IMG/VR virus record: IMGVR_UViG_3300043432_000216
Span: 1-36,657 of that record
Length of the DNA stretch: 36,657 nucleotides
Origin: a virus
Lineage: Duplodnaviria; Caudoviricetes
Reading direction: 5' to 3' (one strand)
In this document: piece by piece, positions 26,850-34,680 of the stretch
Layout: each line of letters begins with the position of its first letter
Position numbering within the stretch: position 1 is the first letter of the stretch
The notes under the pieces: generated by a model
What the model was told of the DNA's origin: nothing
The model's input: only the letters and a program-made list of their open reading frames with translations
Database searches by the model: none
Made by a program: the position numbers and the translations under genes

Positions 26850-27682
26850 TGTTCAGTGAGCCGCGGAATTGGAAGTGGATGGTGCCTGCGGCGTTGATCG
26901 CGCCGTGCCTGGTGTGTTTCAGCAAGTTGTGGAATTCTGGCACAGGAACCTGGAAGGATTGGGCGTTGTTGCCGCTGGGTTTGGCGGTGGTTCTGTTCAT
27001 AGCGACGTTGGTGAACGTTTGGGCGTATGTTGCGGAGCGTTGGTCGAATGTGTATGCCAATATTCGCACGGTGCAAAATTCCACGCCAGAGGTACGGATG
27101 TTCGAGGCGGCGAAGGGCATGCACCCGGATGCGGTGAAGGCTTTGTTGGTGCATCGCAGGACCGTGTGGCGCGTGAAATATATCCCGCTGAAGGATACGG
27201 TGGATTGGATATTGGATGAAGCGCCCAACGTCCATGCGGGGTTTGTGGATTTCGTGCTCGATCGGTCGAATGGCACATTGATGTCGAAGCGGCTGTTGAG
27301 TGAAGGCAGCAAGCAGTTTGACCCGGAAGGCATCGTGACGGATTACGAACAATATGACAACCTGGTGTGGTTGTTGAAGACGAAGCTGATGTGTACCGAT
27401 GCGTATGGAAATCAAAGCCCGAAATTCCTGCCGCCGTGGAATGTGGAACTGCTACGCAAGCGCTTCGGTTTGGATGGGGAGGGGTATCAGGTGGACGAGG
27501 AGATGAGTGAGGCGATGAAGCAGGTAGTGGCAGAACAAAGCAAGGGCGGAGCAGAAGCTACTACGAGCGTAAGGCGTGAAGCGTCTTCCGTCCCGAATGT
27601 GATCGAGCAGGCGCTGGCTGATTTGGAACAAACGTCCGCGATGAAGGCGAATGCGGCGCGTGTCTATAATTTGAAATCATAA
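26849..27682 (+). CDS. Hypothetical membrane-anchored protein
   Basis: GGAGG RBS; two N-terminal TM segments and a soluble C-terminus. Confidence 0.7.
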   Translation: MFSEPRNWKWMVPAALIAPCLVCFSKLWNSGTGTWKDWALLPLGLAVVLFIATLVNVWAYVAERWSNVYANIRTVQNSTPEVRMFEAAKGMHPDAVKALLVHRRTVWRVKYIPLKDTVDWILDEAPNVHAGFVDFVLDRSNGTLMSKRLLSEGSKQFDPEGIVTDYEQYDNLVWLLKTKLMCTDAYGNQSPKFLPPWNVELLRKRFGLDGEGYQVDEEMSEAMKQVVAEQSKGGAEATTSVRREASSVPNVIEQALADLEQTSAMKANAARVYNLKS

Positions 27683-27696
27683 AAAGGAGTATTGCA

Positions 27697-28674
27697 ATGA
27701 GTATCAATTTTGGGTTCGATATGGGAATGGGCGCGTTGAAGTTGTGGAGCGCATCTGGTGGTTTGCAGTTGGTGAGCCAGGTGGCAACGAACGGGCACGA
27801 GCATTTGATGGATGGTGTAATCGGGTTGAAGAACCGTCGCCGTCCGGTGTTGGTTCAAGGTGATTTCGGGTCTTTTTATGTGGGGGATGGGGCGCATGAG
27901 CATGGTCGCCCAGTCGAGAATTTGGACTTTGACCGTTTGACCGGCGCGCCTGAAATGCGGGTGTTGTTGTATGCGGCGCTGGCTCAATATCAGGCTGAAT
28001 ACGGTCCATTTGACGAGGCGCTCAATCTGATGGTGGGTTTGCCGTTGCAAATGATGACGGGCGACCTGGCGAAGGAATATCAGAAGGGCGTGAAGACCTG
28101 GTTGAAGGGCACGCATGAATTTACAGTGGACGGGTTCACTCATCGCATCGAGGTGGAAGATGTGAAGCAGACGTCCCAGCCGGTGGGCGCGTTGTTTGAT
28201 TATGTGCTTGATCATCGTGGGCAGATGATCGCTGAGCGCGGGTCCGCTTTGCTGGATGAGGTGGGCGTGATCAGTGTGGGCTTCAATACGGTGGAGTTAT
28301 TGGTCGTAAAGGAACGCGGAGCGCTGGAACGCTTTACGAAGGGGAATACGCTGGGTGTGCGGCGTCTGCTCGAATTGATGAACCGCGATGGTCTGTTCAG
28401 CCTGGGCGAGTTGGATGCGAAGCTGCGGGCGGGGCGTTTGAACGGTGAGTTGAAGCAAGCCATGCCGGTGTGGAGCCGCGAAGTCAACGGTGAGATCGAG
28501 AAGGTGTGGGGTGCTGCGCATCGGCGTTTTGCGAAGGTGTTGATCGTTGGTGGCGGGGCATTGCTATTGAAGGATGCGTTGACGGTGCAATTCGGGCATA
28601 AAGCATGGGCGCCGGATGACACGGTGCTGGCGATCGCGCGCGGGTTGTGGAAGTTGTCGGTGATGAAAAGATAG
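27697..28674 (+). CDS. parM: ParM/StbA-family actin-like ATPase
   Basis: DMGMGALK (phosphate 1), VGLP, SQPVGA, SVGFNTVE (phosphate 2), IVGGGA (adenosine), ARG. Confidence 0.85.
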   Translation: MSINFGFDMGMGALKLWSASGGLQLVSQVATNGHEHLMDGVIGLKNRRRPVLVQGDFGSFYVGDGAHEHGRPVENLDFDRLTGAPEMRVLLYAALAQYQAEYGPFDEALNLMVGLPLQMMTGDLAKEYQKGVKTWLKGTHEFTVDGFTHRIEVEDVKQTSQPVGALFDYVLDHRGQMIAERGSALLDEVGVISVGFNTVELLVVKERGALERFTKGNTLGVRRLLELMNRDGLFSLGELDAKLRAGRLNGELKQAMPVWSREVNGEIEKVWGAAHRRFAKVLIVGGGALLLKDALTVQFGHKAWAPDDTVLAIARGLWKLSVMKR

Positions 28675-28701
28675 CTATTAGCTTTTAGCGATTGGAGAAT
28701 T

Positions 28702-28983
28702 ATGGCAAGACATAAGAGTGCAGTCCCGAGTGAGCGGGTGCGGTTGGATGGGTATGTGGGGATGCCCATTCTCGATCCGCGCGTGCAGAAGTTTTGGGAT
28801 TGGTACACGGCGAACCGCGCGGCGCGCAAGGCGTTCCCGATGGCATTCGAGTTACTGATGGCAGCCTTAAATGGGGAACTAGGCAGCGGCGTACAGTGGG
28901 CTGTGGAATCTGGCGACGAAGAAGAGTTGCGCAAACAGATGGAAGCGGCACGGGATATTATGGCGGCGTTCGTAGTGGAGTAA
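28702..28983 (+). CDS. Small protein downstream of parM (candidate ParR-like adaptor)
   Basis: GGAG RBS; basic N-terminus and acidic C-terminus; function assigned by position only. Confidence 0.5.
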   Translation: MARHKSAVPSERVRLDGYVGMPILDPRVQKFWDWYTANRAARKAFPMAFELLMAALNGELGSGVQWAVESGDEEELRKQMEAARDIMAAFVVE

Positions 28984-29146
28984 TTATTAACCGCTAAATT
29001 GAAACGTCCATTCTTAACCGCCAAATATTTTGCGTGCGCTGGGACAGGTGCAAACAATGCGGAGGCGGTGGGATGTGGGGGAGGGGACTGGAACGATGAA
29101 GGCTGAATGTTGAGTGATGAATAGCGATCAATAAAAGGAGATTGAT

Positions 29147-29356
29147 ATGGCTACGAAGATGACATGCTTGAAGTGTAAAAAGAAATTAGAGGAGTTTCGG
29201 ATGGTGCTGACGCATGGACCGATGGGCTATCGGCGGTATGCGATGTGTCATCCGTGCGCGGATCGGTTGGGCGTGGGTGCTCCGAAGATCGGTGGACGGC
29301 AGCGGGCGAAGGCACGGTCCGCTTTTGGGCAGGGGTTGGCTGAAGGTGGAAAATGA
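29147..29356 (+). CDS. Small CxxC/CxxC zinc-finger protein
   Basis: AAGGAG RBS; CLKC...CHPC. Confidence 0.65.
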   Translation: MATKMTCLKCKKKLEEFRMVLTHGPMGYRRYAMCHPCADRLGVGAPKIGGRQRAKARSAFGQGLAEGGK

Positions 29357-29805
29357 TCGAAGTTGTGATCAACCAACTCTCTGCGGATGGGATGAAGTTC
29401 ATCAAAGCGATGAGCGATCAGGCTGTGAGTGATGCGATGATGCTGGGATTTGTGCCAGGTGCAGCGCGGGACTTGGCACAGGTCAAATGCTATGACACGG
29501 CGGCGTTGAGTCTGTTTTATGGCGAGGTGACGTTCCCAGTCCGCGGCGTGGTGGAGATCCCAGCGGGGCGCGTGGGCAAGGTCCGCAGGCTGGCGGCGTG
29601 GCGGATGGTGGAGAGTGAAGGCTATCGGATGAGCGAGATCATTGAGTTTTTGGGGCAATGGTATTTTACGCAGACGAAGCGCAAACCGCAGTATGCGTTT
29701 GTGAAGTCCCTGCCGAAGAATGTGGAACGCTTTACCGAAGTGGACGGCTTGGTTTTATTAGATGTGAATTGGTGTCTGGAAAAAACGGTGATGGTTGGTG
29801 GTTGA
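29353..29805 (+). CDS. Hypothetical protein
   Basis: ATGA overlap with the upstream gene; 150 aa. Confidence 0.65.
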   Translation: MIEVVINQLSADGMKFIKAMSDQAVSDAMMLGFVPGAARDLAQVKCYDTAALSLFYGEVTFPVRGVVEIPAGRVGKVRRLAAWRMVESEGYRMSEIIEFLGQWYFTQTKRKPQYAFVKSLPKNVERFTEVDGLVLLDVNWCLEKTVMVGG

Positions 29806-29859
29806 TCCCCTATCCCCCCACCCTTTCCCCATTGAAGAGCATCAATGGAGAAAGGGTGC
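29806..29859 (+). repeat. REP-like hairpin related to family A
   Basis: CACCCTTTCCCCATTGA (29819-29835) / TCAATGGAGAAAGGGTG (29842-29858), preceded by a C-tract leader. Confidence 0.7.
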
Positions 29860-29888
29860 AGGCGAATTTGGAATGGAAGGAAAATCTT

Positions 29889-30155
29889 ATGGCTGAAGTG
29901 AAGCAATGGCAATGTGGAAATGGTCACGTGCTTGGACAGGTGAAGCGCAATGGACGCGGTATCCGTCAGTTGTTGTTATATCGTCATGCTGTTGATATGA
30001 CGGCTGAATCACCCGAGCAAGTGGATATTATCGGTGAGATCGAGGGGACGGTGCTGCGCATCCGCTGTGATGTGGCGGGCTGTGAAGAGATTCGCACATG
30101 GGAGATTGATAAGGAAGCGGCGCAGCGGGTGATCCAAATGTACGCGGCTGAGTGA
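29889..30155 (+). CDS. Zinc-ribbon protein (candidate late regulator)
   Basis: GAAGGA RBS before ATG 29889; C.NGH.LG ... IRC....C; last gene before the late promoter. Confidence 0.6.
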   Translation: MAEVKQWQCGNGHVLGQVKRNGRGIRQLLLYRHAVDMTAESPEQVDIIGEIEGTVLRIRCDVAGCEEIRTWEIDKEAAQRVIQMYAAE

Positions 30156-30176
30156 TTTTCCGCTCTCATTAAAATC

Positions 30177-30206
30177 TTGACAATTGAGGGCTACCTAAAT
30201 TAAAAT
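30177..30206 (+). promoter_or_regulatory. Putative sigma70 promoter for the lysis/packaging/virion operon
   Basis: TTGACA (30177-30182), 18 bp, TAAAAT (30201-30206). Confidence 0.7.
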
Positions 30207-30278
30207 ATTGGTATAACTAAATAAGTTTGAATTGGCTCAGGTCCAATCTTGGTTTGGACCCTGAATCGGAAGTGAGAG

Positions 30279-30309
30279 CGCCGATGGCTTAATTGCCATC
30301 GGCGTTTTT
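30279..30309 (+). terminator. Intrinsic terminator upstream of the first late gene
   Basis: CGCCGATGGC-TTAATT-GCCATCGGCG-TTTTT. Confidence 0.85.
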
Positions 30310-30327
30310 GCATTCAAGGAGAAAAAT

Positions 30328-30660
30328 ATGTTGACTGAAATCCAATTGTTCGTGATCGCAACCGTGGCAGCCGCCATTGTGTGGACGTTGAAGCTGATCA
30401 AGGCGCAGGTCTCAGCGGGTTGGTTGACGACCGGCGTGTATGTGGTCTCATTCGCGCTGGCGTATTTCTTCGCGCCGCTGGCTGTGCCTGCCTTCCCGCC
30501 CTTCGTGGATGCGGTGACATTCGTTCAGTCATTCGTCGCCTGGACTGGCGCTTTCCTGTTGGCATTCTCGCCGTTCGTCGGTTTCGCTACGTTGGTCTAT
30601 AACACATTGCTCAAAGCCGTGCTTGAGAAATACGTCAAGCCGCTCTTCATTGCCAAATAA
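30328..30660 (+). CDS. Holin-like multi-TM protein
   Basis: AAGGAG RBS; about three TM segments; near the endolysin. Confidence 0.55.
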   Translation: MLTEIQLFVIATVAAAIVWTLKLIKAQVSAGWLTTGVYVVSFALAYFFAPLAVPAFPPFVDAVTFVQSFVAWTGAFLLAFSPFVGFATLVYNTLLKAVLEKYVKPLFIAK

Positions 30661-30664
30661 ATAA

Positions 30665-30961
30665 GTGCCACTCCATGAACCCAAAACTCGCAAACGTGTC
30701 ATCACAATTCGGCATGAGACGCCTTCGCGCCGCCGAATTGTCATTATCGTTGCGCAGACGCAGAACGCCATGGGTGAGTGGACAACCCCGATCATTACGT
30801 TCAAGGGTCCCATGACGCCTATTTTGGAAAGCGCCCGCTACGCGCGGGACGTGGGCATCGGGTTGATCGTGGCAGCTTGGACCTCTGACGAAATGATGCT
30901 GGCTGTGCATAATTCCGAGCACGAAGGCAATTCAACGAATTTGACTTTTGAAGATGAGTAA
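30665..30961 (+). CDS. Hypothetical protein
   Basis: Fills the gap in the operon; start uncertain. Confidence 0.5.
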   Translation: MPLHEPKTRKRVITIRHETPSRRRIVIIVAQTQNAMGEWTTPIITFKGPMTPILESARYARDVGIGLIVAAWTSDEMMLAVHNSEHEGNSTNLTFEDE

Positions 30962-30963
30962 TT

Positions 30964-31137
30964 ATGGTGATTCAAATCCGCGTGGTGATCGATGTGCCTG
31001 AGAAAGACAAGGAAAATTTTCAAGCCGCCATCGAAAACATTATCGAAGCGATCAAGGCGCAATTTCCAGATCTCAAGACCACGCGCATGAATTCACCGGT
31101 GACCGTAACGATCAAGGATTTGGAAAAAGATGGATAA
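30964..31137 (+). CDS. 57-aa hypothetical protein (not in the ORF track)
   Basis: MVIQIRVVIDVPEKDKENFQAAIENIIEAIKAQFPDLKTT...; fills the gap in the operon. Confidence 0.55.
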   Translation: MVIQIRVVIDVPEKDKENFQAAIENIIEAIKAQFPDLKTTRMNSPVTVTIKDLEKDG

Positions 31138-31151
31138 CTTATTGAAAGATC

Positions 31152-31541
31152 ATGAGTGCTGAAATTGATGGCATCAAAGCATTATTGGATGCCCATCTTA
31201 CCAATCTGCGCAGTGAATTGCAGCGGCTCGCGACCAATTATGACCAGATCAATGCGACTGTACAGGAAATCCAGCGCAACACGAATGTTGCCATAGCTGA
31301 GATCCGCAAAGATATCACGAGCTTGCAGAATGAGAATAGGACGCATAGCGAAGAAATCAAAGCCATCAAACAACGGATCGAGATCAATGAAGACATTCAA
31401 CAGGAAGATCGGATCAAACAAAAAGAACGGAATGATCGCGCTGATAAGAAAAGTTCAACGATCGCAAATTTATTGATCGGCGCAATTGGAACTTTTATTA
31501 CATTGGCAATTGCAACCCTATGGAAAACTTTCTTTCCGTAA
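31152..31541 (+). CDS. Coiled-coil protein with C-terminal TM (XhlA-like lysis accessory/holin candidate)
   Basis: Heptad-rich body, C-terminal hydrophobic helix, directly before the endolysin. Confidence 0.55.
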   Translation: MSAEIDGIKALLDAHLTNLRSELQRLATNYDQINATVQEIQRNTNVAIAEIRKDITSLQNENRTHSEEIKAIKQRIEINEDIQQEDRIKQKERNDRADKKSSTIANLLIGAIGTFITLAIATLWKTFFP

Positions 31542-31558
31542 AAGGAAACTTTTAGAAA

Positions 31559-32383
31559 ATGAATCTGGCTTATCCGACCGCACCGACCGCGCAACAAGTG
31601 CAGGGTTTTGGCAACTCGAACCCGGCGATGTATCCCGGCACGGGCAGGCATATGGGCATTGATATCGCGGCGAGCGTGGGCACGCCGATCTTTGCCGTCT
31701 GCCCTGGCATCGTGGATACGGCGAACCTGGTGGGCGCGCATGGCTACGGCAGGCACGTCATTCTCGAACACGGCGAATTCAAAACGCTGTATGCGCATCT
31801 GCATCGTGTCTTCGTCTATGCCGGGCAGACCGTGGAAACCGGCGCGTTGATCGGCGAGATGGGCGGAGACCCCACTGATTCGGACAAGATCGACGGCGCG
31901 AGCACCGGTCCGCATTTGCATTTTGAATTGATCCTGGATAAAGAACCGAAAGTGGATTTCGTGAAGACCGTATTGGGCTGGACGGTGGACCCGTTCAAGT
32001 ATCTATTGGAACGCTTCGCTTCGCCCCCCATTTGGATTGGTACGGTGATCGATAAAGCGGGACTCAGGGTGCGAACGGCTCCCGATAATGCGACCGGGAA
32101 AAATGTGTTGTATGCCCTTCAAAAGAATATGACCTTTGAAGTGGCTGAATTGATCTTCCCCAAAGGCGACACCTGGGCGCGCATCCGCTCGCTGCGGACG
32201 GAGTGGGTGTGTGTGAAGTATCAAAAGGCGACGTATGTGGAGCTGGCTCCGCCTACGGGTCTCGATACGCCCCGCGAAAGCGGCGGGGCTACTCGACCAC
32301 CAGAGGCAGAACAGGCAGCGCGATTGGATGAAGTGAAAAAGTTGATCGCGTACTTGGAAGCACGCGCGAAGGAATTGGTATGA
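31559..32383 (+). CDS. Endolysin: M23 peptidase plus SH3b-like domain
   Basis: HMGID, YAHL and STGPHLHF motifs; C-terminal LRVR.AP...W.RI....WV. Confidence 0.88.
   Translation: MNLAYPTAPTAQQVQGFGNSNPAMYPGTGRHMGIDIAASVGTPIFAVCPGIVDTANLVGAHGYGRHVILEHGEFKTLYAHLHRVFVYAGQTVETGALIGEMGGDPTDSDKIDGASTGPHLHFELILDKEPKVDFVKTVLGWTVDPFKYLLERFASPPIWIGTVIDKAGLRVRTAPDNATGKNVLYALQKNMTFEVAELIFPKGDTWARIRSLRTEWVCVKYQKATYVELAPPTGLDTPRESGGATRPPEAEQAARLDEVKKLIAYLEARAKELV
32258..32299. repeat. REP-like family B element inside the endolysin CDS
   Basis: Encodes GLDTPRESGGATRP; near-identical to 25704-25745. Confidence 0.9.
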
Positions 32384-33093
32384 GCGTCAGAAAAATTACG
32401 CAATTGGAATTGGAAAATTTTGCATCGGGTCTTCAGAATGCTGAAGAAGCCGATGATAAGGTTTTGCTTTCGGTTGCGGATGTGCGCGCCAAGGAAATGA
32501 TCTTCCGCAAAATGTTGATCGATACAGGCAAGATCATCGAAAGCGAAGATGTGCCTTCGTGGGCGGATGTGTATCAGCAACTTTTGAACTCGAATGTGCG
32601 TCCGCGTATTGCGGCATATGTAGCCTGGGCAACCATGCCGAAAAAATATCGCTACCCTGAGACGCAGGATAAATTGGCAACTGAAATTCTTGGCTTGACA
32701 TCCGACCGCGCGATCGCAACTTGGCGCAAGAAGTATCCCGAGATCGACATGATGATCTCGCAGCTTCAGGCTGAATCGATGTTGGAATATCGTCCCGGCG
32801 CATTCCATGCGTTGGGGAGTGTGGCGAGTGACCCGAGCTATCGCGCGAACCCTGACCGCCGTCTGTTCTTTGAGATGACGAAGGATTACACCCCACGTCA
32901 GAAGATCGAAGGCGCGGAGGGCGGTGGTGTGGGTCATAAGTTATTGGACCAGTTGAAAAAACTTCCGACCGCGCAATTGTTGGAAACGCTGGGTGCGGAT
33001 GCGATGGATTTGATGAAGGAATTGGAAGATGAGATCAGCGGTGAGCAGTTAGCTATTAGCGATCAGCCAGACGAGGAAAACAATGGCGAGTGA
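32380..33093 (+). CDS. Terminase small subunit (HTH)
   Basis: TQ.KLA.EILGL.SDRAIATWRK HTH; overlaps the start of the large subunit. Confidence 0.7.
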   Translation: MSVRKITQLELENFASGLQNAEEADDKVLLSVADVRAKEMIFRKMLIDTGKIIESEDVPSWADVYQQLLNSNVRPRIAAYVAWATMPKKYRYPETQDKLATEILGLTSDRAIATWRKKYPEIDMMISQLQAESMLEYRPGAFHALGSVASDPSYRANPDRRLFFEMTKDYTPRQKIEGAEGGGVGHKLLDQLKKLPTAQLLETLGADAMDLMKELEDEISGEQLAISDQPDEENNGE

Positions 33094-34663
33094 CGAAAAG
33101 CGCGAAGCTGTAAAACAAGAGATCCGCAGCCGGTTAATGGCTGAACGGGATTTTCTGTCATTCTGCCGCCATGTGGATAAGAAGCATCCGACCGAGGCGC
33201 GGCATGTGCAGGTATTGGCACACAAGTTGGAGCAGGTGGCGAAGTACATTTTGACCGGTGGCAAGGAAGGCATTTCGCGTTTGATGGTGTTCATGCCCCC
33301 GCGCTATTGGAAGAGTCAAACTGCTTCGCGCAAGTTCCCCGCCTGGTTGATGGGCAAGAACCCCGATCTGCGCATCATTATGACTTCGTACAATGCAGAC
33401 CTGGCATCGAAACATTCGAAGGCTGTACGTGACTTGATCATGAGCGAAGAATATTCGCAGGTATTCGGCGCGTTGTCATCTACGAAGGAGCCGGTGATGT
33501 TGGACCCTGAGAGCAAGGCGTCCGCTTCATGGGAGATCGCAGACCGGAATGGCGGGATGCTGGCGGCGGGTGTGGGCGGCGGTATCACAGGCTTCGGGGC
33601 GAATCTCTTTATTATTGACGATCCGGTCAAGGGTCGGAAAGAAGCGTCATCCGAAACGTTGCGACGCGATAACTATGAGTGGTATCGGTCCACGGCGTAT
33701 ACCCGTCTCGAAGATCATGCGGCGATCATTGTCATCATGACACGGTGGGATGTCGAAGATTTATCCGGCGAATTATTGAAGGCGATGGTAAGCGATCCCG
33801 AAGCCGATCAATGGGATGTGGTCTTTATGCCCGCGGTGGCGTTGGAAGATGATCAATATCCAAAAACGCAAGCGGAGTTCGTGGAGAATTTATTGCGCGG
33901 TGTGTTCGTGCCGATGGGGGGGGATCAATTGGGGCGCAGTGCAGGCGAACCGTTGTGGGAACAAAAACACGATGCGGACTTGTTGAAGGCGCTGGCAGTC
34001 AATATGGATGACTTTGAATTCCAGGCGCAATTTCAACAGATGCCGCGTTTGGCTGAAGGCAATTTCTTCGATGAGGATGATTTCGTGATCGTGGAGCAAA
34101 CGCCGAAGGATTTGCAGTGGTATCGCTACGTTGACCTGGCTTTGGGCAAGACGGAGCAAAGCGATTTCAACGCAACGGCGGCGGTGGCGATGGATGATGC
34201 AGGCGATATGTTCATCCGCGATATGTTGAAGGAACGCGATCTTGATCTGTTTTTGGGCAGTTTGCGCGCTTCTATGCTTTCGGATGCGGAGCACGGCACG
34301 ATCTGGGGCATTGAAGACAATGCGTTCCAGTCGTTGGTGGTCAAGCAGTTCATGGCAGACCGGGCGCTCTCGAAGATCCCGATGTTGGGGATGACGCGCA
34401 CGAGCGGCAGCGGCGATAAGACCGAATGGGCACAACCCTGGCGTTTGCGCGCGAAGCAGGGCAAGGTGAAGCTGGTGCGCGGTCCGTGGAATTTGTCCTT
34501 TATGCGGACGGCGGCTTCGTTCCCGAATGGGCGCAACGATGATGAGATCGATACGGTGAGCGGCGGGAATCAGATGATCGCAGATAACGTGAGCGGGATG
34601 GGGCACACGGCAAGCAGTGCGGCAATTGTGGTTTCGGCTGAACAGCTTTTTGCTTTCAGCTAA
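33083..34663 (+). CDS. terL: Terminase large subunit
   Basis: MPPRYWKS (Walker A-like), GGGITG.GA...IIDDP (Walker B), MTRW..ED, nuclease DLA...SD, FP.G..DD.ID. Confidence 0.93.
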   Translation: MASDEKREAVKQEIRSRLMAERDFLSFCRHVDKKHPTEARHVQVLAHKLEQVAKYILTGGKEGISRLMVFMPPRYWKSQTASRKFPAWLMGKNPDLRIIMTSYNADLASKHSKAVRDLIMSEEYSQVFGALSSTKEPVMLDPESKASASWEIADRNGGMLAAGVGGGITGFGANLFIIDDPVKGRKEASSETLRRDNYEWYRSTAYTRLEDHAAIIVIMTRWDVEDLSGELLKAMVSDPEADQWDVVFMPAVALEDDQYPKTQAEFVENLLRGVFVPMGGDQLGRSAGEPLWEQKHDADLLKALAVNMDDFEFQAQFQQMPRLAEGNFFDEDDFVIVEQTPKDLQWYRYVDLALGKTEQSDFNATAAVAMDDAGDMFIRDMLKERDLDLFLGSLRASMLSDAEHGTIWGIEDNAFQSLVVKQFMADRALSKIPMLGMTRTSGSGDKTEWAQPWRLRAKQGKVKLVRGPWNLSFMRTAASFPNGRNDDEIDTVSGGNQMIADNVSGMGHTASSAAIVVSAEQLFAFS

Positions 34664-34680
34664 TTTTTAGGAGATGAGCT

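Noticed and set aside
28212-29057. Long minus-strand ORFs (also 5548-6252, 22474-23178, 33890-34606, 35236-36051)
   Set aside because: They are antisense shadows of well-supported + strand genes and carry no recognisable motifs.
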